Source: Octopus vulgaris (taxonomy: Eukaryota). Taken from it: a DNA stretch of 64,000 nucleotides. The notes under the pieces are model-generated. The model saw only the letters and a list, made by a program, of their open reading frames with translations, was not told the DNA's origin and made no database searches. This document shows positions 14,183 to 29,329 of the stretch, piece after piece; position 1 is the first letter of the stretch; the number at the start of each line of letters is the position of its first letter. The stretch is from positions 8,308,001 through 8,372,000 of the forward strand of contig OX597838.1 of NCBI GenBank assembly GCA_951406725.2, read 5' to 3'. Position numbers and translations under genes: made by a program.

Positions 14183-14844
14183 ATGCGCTCAAACCTGTGT
14201 GCACTGCTTCTCATTGCAGAAACACCTGTAAGCCAATGCAGTTGATTACATAATGTCCTGTTCTTTTGTTATTCATTTAATTTCTTATTATGCTTTGTAC
14301 TCAGCTAATGCTTTATTCTGAAGCTTGAATTCTAATACCAAGTTCTTAGCATCGCAGAGCCTAAGCAAAATAGCAAAATATGTACACACGCACACACACA
14401 CACACAGAGACACACCTGAACGCACATCATGTATACATAGGCGCATATATACATAAAAAGATGAGAGAGGAAGAGAGGGGAAACGAGAGAAAAAGAGAAA
14501 GAGAGAGAGAAGCAGTTTTTAAGGATAAGGAATTTAGATAATTTTTTCTGGGTTTTTTTTTTGTGCGGGAAGGGTCACCCCCAGAGAGATGCAAGGTGTG
14601 ACACAGAAATATTGTAATATTTAAATATTGTGTAATACAATAAAACAGAGTTGTGGTAGAAAGGACAGGAGTAAACAGGCTTATATCGTGGAATATGGTA
14701 AGAATAGCGCATACGTGTGTGTGTATGTATGTGTGTGTGTGTATGTGTGTGTGTATATATAAGCATGTGTATATACATATATATTCATATACATGCGTAT
14801 ATATACATATATATATATGTACATACATATATATGTGCATGAAC

Positions 14845-14918
<74 letters not shown>

Positions 14919-15294
14919 TATATATGCATGTGTATATACATATATATACCTATTTATACACACATATATATATGAATATATATATATACATATATTTATA
15001 TACATATATATATACATATACATTGTGTATATATATACATATATATATACACACACACACATATATATATGTGTATATATATATATATTTATATATTCAT
15101 ATGTATATATAAGCATATATATACTCGGTCGTTGTGTTTATATATATATATATACATACATACATACATACATATATACATACATACATACATACATTCA
15201 TACATACATATATATATACATGCATACATGATGTGTAATTGTGCATGCGTGTTTACATATTCATATTTGTATGAGCGTGAGTGTGTGTGTGCAC

Positions 15295-15352
<58 letters not shown>

Positions 15353-16013
15353 GTATTGACATATGCAGAATTAAAAATTAAACACAAGTTCACGACTCCT
15401 TTTTTTTTCTTTTAAAATTTTACAATTTTTCTCAATTCCTTCCACAACCACCACCACCACCTCTACGACCCCCCCATCCCCACCCTTCGACTATACAACA
15501 ATAGTTCTTATACATAAAATATACACACATATGTAAATTTGGAAAGTAATAAAAAATGATAATAAAATGTTAATAATGTCAACTTAGAAAAATAAAATCG
15601 AAAGTATAAACGAAATTACCAGCAATAACACCAACAACAAGATCAGCAACAAGAGGGACACTTTTTTTTTTGGGGGGGGGGGGGGTTGCGTTACCGGAAC
15701 TTTTTTGAATTTTTTTTTTTTTTTCGTTTTGTTTGTTTTTCAATTTTGCTTTGTTTACTTTCTGTTAAAATTCTAAACAAAGAAAAGCGTAAACAAATGA
15801 TTCTAGAACATCGCACGGCAGTGCCCTCTTGCGGCAAATTTCGCCAGAAAACTTCACAATGAGAGGCACTTTTCTGAAAACTCTTCTCTGCCTTTGCTTA
15901 TCTCGCCTCAGGGCAGACATATTGAAGAAATGTCTTTTAACTCGGCTAATTAATTAGATCAAATTGCTAAGCCTATATATATATATGTATGTATATATAC
16001 ACACACACACATG

Positions 16014-16049
<36 letters not shown>

Positions 16050-16346
16050 ATATAATATATATGAATATAAGTAAGTATGCAAATACATGCATGCATATGT
16101 ACATATATGTATATATAAATGTAATGTATGTATGTGTATATCCGTATGGATGTATGTATGAATGTATATACAATAAAAATCCATAAATATAACTATATAT
16201 TCGCTTCAAATGCGTACATACGCGTATATATGCACAGACAAATACATACACACAAACATGTATACATATGTACATTTTCATATACATAATTATATATACA
16301 TATACATACATACATACATACATACATACATACATACATACATACA

Positions 16347-16382
<36 letters not shown>

Positions 16383-16521
16383 CACACACATACTTTTCTG
16401 TGAATGTGAATTTCTGATTATAAACACACTTTCATAAACACATACTAACACACACAAACATATACACGCGTGGCACACACACAAACACATAAACACACGC
16501 GCACGCACGCACAAACACATA

Positions 16522-16565
<44 letters not shown>

Positions 16566-16779
16566 ACATACCATCGATTAAATGTGATGTCACCGAAAAT
16601 ATAATTGGAATGGAAGGACGAGAGGAATATATTTCTTTATAAATCTGACTGGAAGAATTTTGAGATTTTGGTAAATTTTACACAAATTTCCTCGTTCTGA
16701 ATATTTCACTGTATTTTGGAGTTTATTTTTCTCTTTTATCTTAATTTTTTTCTACTCTTTCAATCTAATTTTCCATAAC

Positions 16780-17620
16780 CGAAACTGTCCTGACCTCTGG
16801 TCATGAACGATGGGTAATGACCGAAAGTGTACGATCGCGAATACCAGCGATAGATTTCTGGAGTAACTACTCGATAGGGAGTATTACTCGAAGATCAAGG
16901 CTCCGTCCACGTCGATCCGCTACTTCGCTGCATTGAGAGTTCAAGCCCCGGTATTACGGTCAAGTGATTACAAAGTCTCAGGAAAGAATCGCGAAACTGA
17001 TTCTTCAAACTGAGGCAATTGGCAAGAAATCCTAGAGCTAGGTCAAGAATGAGATGGCTGAGTAATATCCATCGTGTTGGTTGGTCACGCTTAGAGATCC
17101 GGCTGGAAAGTTTAATGACGGGTGCTTCATGTAGGATCCTGTGGATGAGGTGCCCGAGGACTCTAACCCTCGGAACATATCACGAATTGTGGCCGGAGAA
17201 GATAGTTGGATTGTACTCATGGCGGCGAGCTGGCAGAAACGTTAGCACACCGGGCGAAATGCTTAGCGGTATTGCGCCTGCTGTTACGTTCTGAGTTCAA
17301 ATTCCGCTGAGGTCGACTTTGCCTTTCATCCTTTCAAGGTCGATAAATTAAGTACCGGTTACGCACCGGGGTCGATGTAATCGACTTAGTCCCTGTTTGT
17401 CCCCTCCATGTTTAGCCCCTTGTGCGCAATAAAGAAATAGGAACATGTCACGAATTGTGGCCGGAGAAAATGGTCGGGTTGTATTCATAGTCTCAGTTAG
17501 ACACACTTGGGGATCCAACCGGAGAGTGTAGTAACGGTTGCTTATAACTGGATCCTATGGAGAAGATACTTTAGGACTTTACGTCCACAACCTCCCCACG
17601 AAGAGTAGATGCAGATGAAT
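16780..17620 (+). mobile_element. Two tandem RTE-clade (Expander/Rex3-like) LINE 3' ends, decayed
   Basis: VLTSGHERWVMTESVRSRI, DPLLRCIES, SQERIAKLILQ, PRARSRMRWLSNI; second end LGIQPESV...LWRR...RPQPPHEE* followed by a (GGAT)n tail at 17618-17804. Confidence 0.78.
17221..17441 (+). mobile_element. SINE family B, full length, with a 49-bp flanking duplication
   Basis: Direct repeat 17172-17220 vs 17440-17488 (6 transitions). Confidence 0.9.
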
Positions 17621-18204
17621 GGATGGATGGATGGATGGATGGACGGACGGACGGACGGACGGACGGACGGATGGATGGATGGATGGATGGATGGATGGGT
17701 GGATGGATGGATGGATTGACGGATGGACGGATGGACGGATGGATGGGTGGATGGATGGATGGATGGATGGATCGGTGGATGGATCGATGGATGGATGGAT
17801 GGATTGTACTTGTTTGATCTACGTTATAATAGTAATGGTGCCTTTATCCTGTCGTAAGGTATTTATAATGTTAGTGTTTACGATCTGCTATTGTAATAAT
17901 CATACATTGAATGAGGAATTGTTTACAAGAGGGAGCCTGGAGTAAATTCTGGTAGGAATGGTGCCTATAAAGTACACCGCTTTGCTGAAGGAGTTCTGCG
18001 ACTAACATTCTTGGAATGGCATCTTTCACGTGAAACATTTTAATTGCGGAGTTTTGTCATTGGAAATATTCCTGTAAGATATGGGTAATGTTAGTGTTAC
18101 AGTAGGAATGGGCACAAAGCTATGGAACAATTTAGTATATGAGCTGGCGACATTGCAAACGGCTCTATGATAATCTAAAATAAATCAGTTTGGTCTAGTG
18201 TTAG

Positions 18205-18310
18205 GGTGTACAACAGCGGTTCTCGAAACTTTATTGTCAAAGACAGGGTGTAGAACAGCGGTTCTTGATCATTTTCTGTCAAAGATAAATTCTAAAGCAG
18301 CTGTTCACGA
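18205..18310. repeat. Degenerate ~40-bp tandem repeat (about 2.5 copies)
   Basis: AGGGTGTA(C/G)AACAGCGGTTCT...TGTCAAAGA is repeated. Confidence 0.65.
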
Positions 18311-18393
18311 CTTGGTCCTTATTTTGTTGGTGGGACCCTCTTCGTTGCTCGATGTTTAAAAACAAACTTATACTATATATATATATATATGAT

Positions 18394-18612
18394 GGTGCAT
18401 GGCTCAGTGGTGAGAGCGTTGGGCTCACAACCATGAGGTAGTGAGTTCAATTCCCGGACCGGGATATCTGTTGTGTTCTTGAGCAAGGCACTTTATTTCT
18501 CCACTTCATTTAGCTGTAGAAATCAGTTGCAACGTTACTGGTGCCAAGCCGTATCGGCCCTTTTGCCTTTCCCTTGCATAACATCAGTGGCGTGGAGAGG
18601 AGAGGCTGGTGT
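18394..18612 (+). mobile_element. tRNA-derived SINE, family D
   Basis: GGTGCATGGCTCAGTGGTGAGAGC (A box), GAGTTCAATTCCC (B box); homolog at 23352-23536. Confidence 0.85.
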
Positions 18613-19443
18613 ACATACATACATACATACATACGTACGTACATACATACAAGCATACATACATACATATATACAAACATACATACATACATACATACAT
18701 ACATACATACAAACATACATACATACATACATACATACATACATACATACATACATACATACATACATACATACATACATACATACATACATACATACAT
18801 ACATACATACATACATACATACATACATACATACATACATACATACATACATACATACATACATACATACATACATACATACATACATACATACATACAT
18901 ACATGCATACATACATACATACATACATACATACATACATACATACATACATACATACATACATACATACATACATACATACATACATACATACATACAT
19001 ACATACATACATACATACATACATACATACATACATACATACATACATACATACATACATACATACATACATACATACATACATACATACATACATACAT
19101 ACATACATACATACATACATACATACATACATACATACATACATACATACATACATACATACATACATACATACATACATACATACATACATACATACAT
19201 ACATACATACATACATACATACATACATACATACATACATACATACATACATACATACATACATACATACATACATACATACATACATACATACATACAT
19301 ACATACATACATACATACATACATACATACATACATACATACATACATACATACAAACATACATACATACATACATACATACATACATACATACATACAT
19401 ACATACATACATACATACATACATACATACATACATACATACA

Positions 19444-19477
<34 letters not shown>

Positions 19478-19674
19478 CATACATATATACATACATACAT
19501 ACATACACACATACACACATACATACATACATACATACATACACACATATACATACATACATACATACATACATACAAACATACATACATACATATATAC
19601 ATACATACACACACACATACATACATACATACATACATACATACATACATACATACATACATACATACATACAT

Positions 19675-19707
<33 letters not shown>

Positions 19708-19755
19708 TACATACATACATACATACATACATACACACACACACATACATACATA
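18613..19755. repeat. ~1.14-kb (CATA)n microsatellite
   Basis: Near-perfect tetramer array starting at the SINE D 3' end; source of six ORFs over 400 aa. Confidence 0.98.
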
Positions 19756-20066
19756 TATGCAAACGTAAAAAGAGAACAACAGGTACAAACGCGTACACAT
19801 TTACCTATTATTTCTGAAAAACACTCTCACTTGACATAATCTACACACCTTGATAATTATGCGTGTGTGTGTGTGTGTGTGCGTCTCTGTGTGTGCACGT
19901 ACAATTGCGCAAATACGAATGTATATACGTTATACATGCATGTAACAATGAATGTATGTACGATCGGTGTCAATGTCTGCATCGCTGTATTAAGAGCGTA
20001 CAGGTACAGAATATACAATATATATATATATAAGAGATAGATAGATATATACATATATACATACAT

Positions 20067-20097
<31 letters not shown>

Positions 20098-20220
20098 CAC
20101 ACACGCACATATATATACATACCTTTTGCTCTGTGTGTTTGTAATTGTAATAAGGATATATTTGTATATATGTTTCTTCTTTCCTCTTTCTACCTGTATA
20201 TATATATATATATATATGTG

Positions 20221-20279
<59 letters not shown>

Positions 20280-20819
20280 ATATATATATATATTTGTATT
20301 TATATTTATATATATATATATGTGGTTGTGTATACATATATATATATATATAATTGTAATAAATATATGTGTATATAAGTCTCACCTTATTTCTCTCTAT
20401 ATTTACATTTATAAATATGTATGTGCATATATCTATACATACATACATACATACATGTATATGCATATATATATATAATTACTTGCGCGTTGTGTCGTGT
20501 ATATAGTGCAGTTAACGTTTTTGATCATTTTAAGAGAGAAAGACCTGTCAAACCGTATTTCCACATTGAAATTTAATGTCAATTTGCAGCCACGGCAGAA
20601 CAAGCGGGAAGCTATATTCTACCAAAGTATTAAAACTCGCAGAAATTCAATTTTATCTCAGTTCCTAACACATATTAAAACGGTTTGATAATGTGTGCTT
20701 TGCCCCGAAATTGAACGCGGCTGTCCGGGAGGTTGAAGGGTTTGTGCTGTGGTTAGGCTGTACTGTAATGTACGCCTAATAGTGTGTATGGTTTTTTTCT
20801 CTGTCTGTGTGTACGTCTG

Positions 20820-20858
<39 letters not shown>

Positions 20859-21177
20859 ATGTGTGTGTTGCAGTGTTAATATCACCTGAATGTATGTATA
20901 TGTGTTTTGTAATATATTATTTTAGTTGTTTTTGCGTTGTTTTGTGTTCTTTTTTTTTTTTTACATTTGTTGTTGTTATTGTTGTCGATGTTGTTAAAAT
21001 TACTGTTGCAATTGCTGCAGTGTCGTTTATACGTGGATTTTAACGGGGCAATTTATTGCTTATATACATACACACATATATTCATAGCTACATACATAAA
21101 TACATATCTATATATACATATATATATATATATTTACATATATACTTACATAGATATATATCTACATATACACATAA

Positions 21178-21261
<84 letters not shown>

Positions 21262-21375
21262 TCGTTGAATATGTAAAATATAATTTTCTTTATGTACATT
21301 AATACAAGCATCCATGACGATCATATAAATAAATTAGGTTTCTATGTATGTATACATATATGTGTGTATGTGTAT

Positions 21376-21415
<40 letters not shown>

Positions 21416-21608
21416 TCATATGTACGAGTGCATAGGCATAAACTTGTGTATAAAGAGAATATGTGTATATCTGTGTGTATGTCTCCTGGTGTGTTTATGC
21501 GTACAAACCCACATACACAGGTGACCGTATACATGCACGTATGTATGTGTGCATGTGTGTATGTGTGTATGTATGTGTGTGTAAGTATGTGTGCGTATGT
21601 ATGTATGG

Positions 21609-21682
<74 letters not shown>

Positions 21683-21820
21683 GCATATAATACGATGATT
21701 GCGCAAACTGTATTTTAGAGCAATATAGATCTTTAGTGAGTTTAATGTTGTAAATTGCATGTCTCTGCACACACACACACACACAGATAAATGAATAGAT
21801 AGATAGACAGACAGACAGAG

Positions 21821-21939
<119 letters not shown>

Positions 21940-21968
21940 CAGAGAGATAGATAGATAGATAGATAGAG

Positions 21969-22052
<84 letters not shown>

Positions 22053-22259
22053 TAAAGCAACAAAAGTAATTGACAATGACATACTCTGCGTATCATATAT
22101 TTCAGAAGAGATAAACTGACGAACAGACAGGCAGACAGACAGATATATAGACAGACATACAAACAAACAGCAAGAAAAATGCGTATGCTCGTTCTTTATA
22201 GATCAAATAAGGGAAGTGAGAGGTTGGAGAGTCGCAAGTGGAAATATAGCAATATAATT

Positions 22260-22975
22260 ACCAATATTACATGAACATATCTTGAAATACTAAAGAGTAA
22301 ATTTCGTCAATAAAATCGCCATTGGCTTCGACCACGGCCTCCAGACGACTTCGGAATCTCTTGCAACTCGTCTTGACGGTATCCTTGTTTAAGTTGGTGA
22401 ATGCTGCCTTAAGCTTTGCCTTTGGTGTTAAAAGGAGTTTTGTTGGTCTCTCGCTCAACTGCGCCCCAAACAATATTCAAGGGGTTTGCAATCTGAGGAG
22501 TTAGACAGCCAGATATTTGGGATGACGTGGTCGCATCTGACAGCCATTCCTGGGTTCTCCTGCTTGTGTAGCATGGTGCAAAGTCCTGTTGCCAGACATA
22601 GGGTCTTCCAAGAGCCACCCTCTTGTCCCAGGGCAGCACTACCACCTCTAGACACTTGATGTAGGCCTCCGTGTTGAATCTGAGGCCGTGTGGGAAGATG
22701 AATGGAGACATAACGTCGCCATCACTAGTGACCACTCCAAACACCAGGATGGTGACTAGATGTTTGATTTTTATCATTCTCAATGCATGTCTACAGATTG
22801 CACTGTCCTCAGATTGACACCCAAGCACTCTGAAATGTTCATATTGCAGCTTCCAGCATGAATGCCAAGCAGTGCAGCATGTCGCTTCCAAATTTCTGGC
22901 AACGTAAATTGCGTTATGGTGCTGTTTTTCTCAGAGATGGTGCCCAACTGACCCTACTATACTCTCTAGTCTGTT
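22260..22975 (-). mobile_element. Tc1/mariner-superfamily (DD37D/maT-like) transposon remnant
   Basis: KHLVTILVFGVVTSDGDVM.PFIFPHGLR.NTEAY...WQQD.APC.TSRRTQEWL; W.SNSSDCKPLEY (SPDxNPLDY-like); WGAVERETNK; CKRFRSRLEAVVEANGDFI. Confidence 0.88.
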
Positions 22976-23005
22976 ATTAGTATTATCATTATTATTTTAT
23001 TATTG

Positions 23006-23087
<82 letters not shown>

Positions 23088-23300
23088 GGCGTCGAGCTGG
23101 CAGAATCGATAGCAGGCTGGTCAAAATGCTGAACATTATTTCGCCTATCGCTCAGTTCTGAGTTCAAATTCCAGCGAGGTCGACTTTGTCTTTCAATCTT
23201 TCGGGGCCGATAAATTGAGTACCAATGAAACACTGGGGTCGATGTAATCGACTCATCTCCTCACCCAAAATGTTTTCCCTTGTGTCACAAACCGAGACTA
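23088..23300 (+). mobile_element. SINE family B, diverged, after (TAT)n
   Basis: GGCGTCGAGCTGGCAGAATCG...GAGGTCGACTTTG...CACTGGGGTCGATGTAATCGAC. Confidence 0.8.
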
Positions 23301-23351
23301 TTATTATTATATTGCTGTTGTTGTTGTTGTTGTTGTTGTTGCTATAGTGAA

Positions 23352-23536
23352 GGTGCATGGCGAAGTGATTAGAGCGTTGGGCTTATAACCATGAGGTTGT
23401 AAGTTCAATTCCAAGACCGGAGTTTTGAGCAAGACACTTTATTTCACGTTGCTCCAGTCCACTCAGGTGTAGAAATGGGTTGCGACGTCACTGGTGCCAG
23501 GCTGTATTGGACTTTTGCCTTTCCCTTGGATAACAT
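23352..23536 (+). mobile_element. SINE family D
   Basis: Homologous to 18394-18612. Confidence 0.8.
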
Positions 23537-23548
23537 CTATATACTTAC

Positions 23549-23623
<75 letters not shown>

Positions 23624-23753
23624 TTAACAATTGAGGATAAAATCTTTAAAAGACATTATCAGTAGTCAGCGTGAAAAACCTCGTAAGAGAAAAAATCCGT
23701 AAATTCTTCCTCTTTGAAGAGTTTGTAATGTTATGTTTTTTCTTATATCTCTT

Positions 23754-23830
23754 GAGTTTGTTGCACTGACGAACATGAAATGCATATTCTGCATTAAATG
23801 CGAAATCACATGTGATATGTAACTGAATTC
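23754..23830 (+). ncRNA. Type I hammerhead ribozyme, copy 1
   Basis: Stem I GAGTTTGTTGCA/TGTAACTGAATTC; core CTGACGA (23766-23772); stem II aCAT-AATGCA/TGCATT-ATGc; GAAA (23802-23805); palindromic stem III ATCACATGTGAT; AUA triplet, predicted cut after 23817. Confidence 0.78.
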
Positions 23831-24250
23831 TTTTTTAAAATGATGTGTTTTGAAGTTTTGCATTCGGTAATATTTTGTTTATTTTTAGTAGTTTTCACCG
23901 CATTGGTCCCTCTTAGCGTGTTGGTATCTACTAATAGTAGTACCCTCATTATAATATAAATGAATATTTTCAAAGAGGAAGAATTTACGGATTTTTTCTC
24001 TTACGAGGTTTTTCACGCTGACTACTGATAATGTCTTTTAAAGATTTTATCCTCAATTATTAATTTATATTTTTCACCGGAATAGTTCAATGCTGAATTT
24101 TTATTCCGACTAGGCAATTTGTAACCGAAATGCATTGCGAAAAAGCCCGCCATTTTCATAGATATGTAAGGATAAACATTCGTACATGCTACGATGAATT
24201 CTACGGTTGGCTATCGAGTATGTAATGTCATGTTTTTTCTTATATCTCTT

Positions 24251-24327
24251 GAGTTTGTTGCACTGACGAACATGAAATGCATATTCTGCATTAAATGCGA
24301 AATCACATGTGATATGTAACTGAATTC
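24251..24327 (+). ncRNA. Type I hammerhead ribozyme, copy 2
   Basis: Identical to copy 1; CTGACGA 24263-24269, GAAA 24299-24302, predicted cut after 24314. Confidence 0.78.
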
Positions 24328-24444
24328 TTTTTTAAAATGATGTGGTTTGAAGTTTTGCATTCGGTAATATTTTGTTTATTTTTAGTAGTTTTGACCGCAT
24401 TGGTCCCTCTTAGCGTGTTGGTATCTACTAATAGTAGTACCCTC

Positions 24445-24592
<148 letters not shown>

Positions 24593-24621
24593 GTACGCAC
24601 ATAAGCACACACACTTACATC

Positions 24622-24850
24622 TGTTCGTTTAATCTTTTACCTGCTTCAGTCATTTGACTGCGGCCATGCTGGAGCACCGCCTTTAGTCGAGCAAATCGAC
24701 CCTATAACTTATTCTTTGTAAGGTTAGTACTTATTCTATCAGCTAAGTTACGGGGACTTAAACACACCAGCATCGGTTGATAAGCATTGTTGGGGGAGAA
24801 CAAACACAGACACACACAAACATACACACATACACACACATGCATATACA

Positions 24851-24896
<46 letters not shown>

Positions 24897-25050
24897 CGAC
24901 GGGCTTCTTTCAGTTTCCGTCTACAAATCCACTCACAAGGCTTTGATCGGCCCGAGGCTATAGTAGAAGACACTTGCCAAAGGTGCCATGCAATGGGACT
25001 GAACCCGGAACCATGGAGTTGAGAAGCAACCTACTTAGCACACATCCATT
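24622..25050 (-). mobile_element. SINE family A
   Basis: TCAGTCATTTGACTGCGGCCATGCTGGAGCACCGCC...GGGACTGAACCCGGAACCATG. Confidence 0.88.
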
Positions 25051-25146
<96 letters not shown>

Positions 25147-25154
25147 AATATATT

Positions 25155-25214
<60 letters not shown>

Positions 25215-26060
25215 ATATATTTATATACATATATATATATATATAATATCTGTCTGTACCACTGTATAACAATGTCCTCCTCACTAACTCCGGTTGCCTT
25301 TTGTTCTTGCATTTTCCTTTTCCTTTTCCTTTTTTCCTGTTTTTTGCTGCTTTTTTTTTTTTACTGCAGATCGTTTTTGCTTCATGTCAGGTTTTACTAC
25401 AAGTTGTGGTTATTTTTTTTTTTCACGTGATTCCTCTGTAATTTAGCCACAATTAATATCAATTTCATAGGGATTTGATGGCCAATTTGTACTCCTACAG
25501 CCGTTATTTTCTATCTCTCTATCACCTCCCACATTAACCTTGCATTACTCTACTTCTCTCTTTGTTTTTCATTTACTTTTACTGTCTTTTTTTTTTTGTG
25601 TATCGACGCCATATTGCCTCGTATAAAATCTGTTTATTTCTTCTCGCAGTTATTTTCCCGCTTTTTTACACAGCTACACATGTAAAAAAATAAACATACA
25701 CGGACATACGGACATACGGCCATACATACGCACGCAGCCGCATATGTGTATGTTCACAGCTATACGCATGCACCGCATATACACAATGTAAATACATCGA
25801 TCTGCACATATTTACACAACACAGAATTCCCATCGTTTTTGTCACGTGGACATAATAGAGAGCATATTAGAAACAATTGTGTGTGGGGGGGGGTGCGCAT
25901 GAGTGTGTGTGCATCGTATGTCTGAGTGTGTAAACGATCAAACATAAATGTGTATATATATATGGTATATATATATGCATGTATTTATATTTATATATGT
26001 ATAATATATTATAAATACTCATACATATACACATGCATATAAATACATACATACATTCAT

Positions 26061-26125
<65 letters not shown>

Positions 26126-26273
26126 TGTATGAATATGTATGTATGTTTGTATGCATAATTTGGGTATTCTAATTAGTATTACCTCTAAGATTCATTTTGT
26201 ATATATATATATGTATATGTGTGTGTGTATGTGTGTCAGTGCGGGGGGATGGTTAGTGGAGGGTGTATGTATG

Positions 26274-26365
<92 letters not shown>

Positions 26366-26368
<3 letters not shown>

Positions 26369-26556
26369 AAAGTTTACGAAAAAGACAAAAGACGAACACA
26401 GGTGGTGTACAAAACAAACAGATGTATTAGTATAACACTCAGGAATAGAAAAAGTCTTTTACGTTTCGAGCCTACGCTCTTCTACAGAAAGGGACACAGA
26501 GAAAAAAACAAGGAAAGAAACAAGGAGAGAAAAAAATGCGTGTAGTGGCTAACGAT
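26366..26556 (-). mobile_element. Short HHR-bearing element abutting (TA)n; HHR-like fold at 26455-26492
   Basis: Minus strand CTTT-CTGTAGA-A-GAGC GTAG GCTC-GAAA-CGT-A-AAAG; homolog at 31258-31436, relative at 44655-44795. Confidence 0.7.
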
Positions 26557-27085
26557 AAGAAACGTACTTCTTCATCCACATGTCTGAATATGGATGAAGA
26601 AGTATGTTTCTTCTGCCTCTTTTACTTTTTTCAATATACTGAATACCTTGGGTTACGAACTGATGCAGAGAAATTAGGGTACATATATTTTATTGTTATT
26701 ATATTTTTTTCTTAAAATATGGTATATACAACTGAAGATCGGAAAATGTGCTTCTAAATTAAGTTATTATTTTTTTTTTTTTGATTTATGTAGTTTGAAC
26801 ATTAATCGTGAAATTAGACTTCATCTATCTCGCTCGCCTTACATTGTTTTCGTATCAAGGAGGAAAGTCCGTTTTCTTAAATGTTATTTTTATTTTAAAA
26901 AACAACGGTTATATATATAATAATGTTCATCCTGTAAGTTATTCGGCAAACCAAGGCACCAGCACCAAGAACATCACTTTTTTCTTCATGAGTCCAGTGG
27001 CAATAGGGAAAGAGGCAATGGGGACAAATAGAAAAGGCCACCGGATATCTACAGCTTTGACACTGCACCTAGGCACAGCCGTAGG

Positions 27086-27400
27086 GGAGGCACATTGGCC
27101 CAATGGTTAGGGCAGTGAACTCACGGTCGGAGGATCGCGGTTTCGATTCCCAGACCGGGCGTTGTATGTGTTTATTGAGCGAAAACACCTAAAGCTCCAC
27201 GAGGCTACGGCAGGGGATGGTGGCGACCCCTGTTGTACTCTTTCGCTCCAACTTTCTCTCACTCTTTCTTCCTGTTTCTTGTTCCCCGACTTCCTACGCA
27301 ACCGCTGAGCCTGGATGCGCATTCATCCATCCGTCGATGCTCTCGGTGTCGGGGGTTGACCTGCTTTTTCTTCTGCGGGTCTTACGAATAGCAAAGGACC
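27086..27400 (+). mobile_element. tRNA-derived SINE, family C
   Basis: GGAGGCACATTGGCCCAATGGTTAGGGC...GGTTTCGATTCCCAGACCGG; 5' part homologous to 55690-55985, 3' part differs. Confidence 0.85.
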
Positions 27401-27529
27401 AACTACATCGTCTCCAGTATGCAACAGGTACTTAATTTTCTGAACCCGAAAGGATAAAAGTAAGGTCGACTTCGGCGGAATTTGAACTCAGAAGTAAAGT
27501 CAGACGAAATGTGTATGTTTGTGCTTGTA

Positions 27530-27998
27530 TTCTTTTATTCTTTTACTTCTTCCAGTCATTTGATTGTGGCCATGCTGGAGCACCGCCTTTAGTCGAAGAA
27601 ATCGACCCATTATTTTATCGGTCTCCTACTTATTTTAACGGTTTCTTGTTGCTGACCCGCTAGATAACGCAGACATAAACACACCATCATCGGTTGTCAA
27701 GCGATGGAGGTGGGGGACAATCGCAGACACACAAACATATACATATATACGACGGGCTTCTTTCAGTTTCCGTCTACCAAATCCACTCACAAGACTTTGG
27801 TCGGCCTGAGGCTACAGTAGAAGACTCTTGCCCAAGGTGCCACGCAGTGGGACTGAACCGATAGAATAAGTACTAAACTTACAAAGAATAATTCCTGGGG
27901 TCGATTTGTTCGACTAAAAGGCAGTGCTCCAGCATGGCCGCAGTCAAATGACTGAAACAAGCAAAAGAGTAGAATAATAAAGGAATAAAAGAATAAAG
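27530..27998. mobile_element. SINE family A (minus, 27530-27858) fused to an inverted family A 3' fragment (plus, 27858-27998)
   Basis: Junction GGGACTGAACC|GATAGAATAAGTAC; the two 3' ends form a long imperfect inverted repeat. Confidence 0.8.
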
Positions 27999-28043
<45 letters not shown>

Positions 28044-28141
28044 TATACATAAAATCATACATGCATATACACAAACGCACACATGTATATACATACATAT
28101 GTATATAGCAATATATATATATATAAATATATATACAGATA

Positions 28142-28214
<73 letters not shown>

Positions 28215-28607
28215 AAAGACATTAATACTGAAGATAAGAGATACTACATATATTGAGAAAATAGTGTTTGATACAGGAAAAATATGAACAAAAAATTCGT
28301 GTAAAATAATATAAACAAGAAACAGGTTCGATAATCTAGAAGCATCGAATTAACATGTTTCCCTGAAAATTTTGGTTTTTTACCAACTTATGGTAAACAA
28401 TTTTGGCTTCACCATAGAAGGGGAAATATCAGTGGAGAAGATGCCTTCATCTCAGAACATGCAACAATTTACCAAATTTATTCCGGTGCTGGTGATTCCT
28501 TACTTTAACCAATTATCTATTTACCTATCTCTACTTTTTTATCTATATTTCTACCTATTTATATATCAGTAATCTCTGACTAACAATCAATCTATCAATC
28601 TATCTAA

Positions 28608-28663
<56 letters not shown>

Positions 28664-28762
28664 ATATCTATCTATCTGTATCTATCTATCTGTCTACCCA
28701 GATATGCAGGTATATGTGTAATCCTTCATTTTAATATATATATCTATATATATATATGTGTG

Positions 28763-28806
<44 letters not shown>

Positions 28807-28847
28807 TGTGTATAAATGCAACCATATACGTATATATTTATATATAC

Positions 28848-28898
<51 letters not shown>

Positions 28899-28956
28899 TA
28901 TATATGTGTATATATATGTATGAGTACGTATATAAGTAGGGTACGTAGCGAACATG

Positions 28957-29043
<87 letters not shown>

Positions 29044-29128
29044 CATATATATAAATATACATGTAGATAGATGCATGTAATTCTGTTACATATGTATATG
29101 TACATGCATACACACATATATATAAATG

Positions 29129-29195
<67 letters not shown>

Positions 29196-29227
29196 CTATA
29201 TATATATCTATATATGTATATATATAT

Positions 29228-29329
<102 letters not shown>

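Noticed and set aside
18473-19839. Six ORFs of 400-430 aa (HTYI/MYVC repeats)
   Set aside because: Translations of a stop-free (CATA)n microsatellite.
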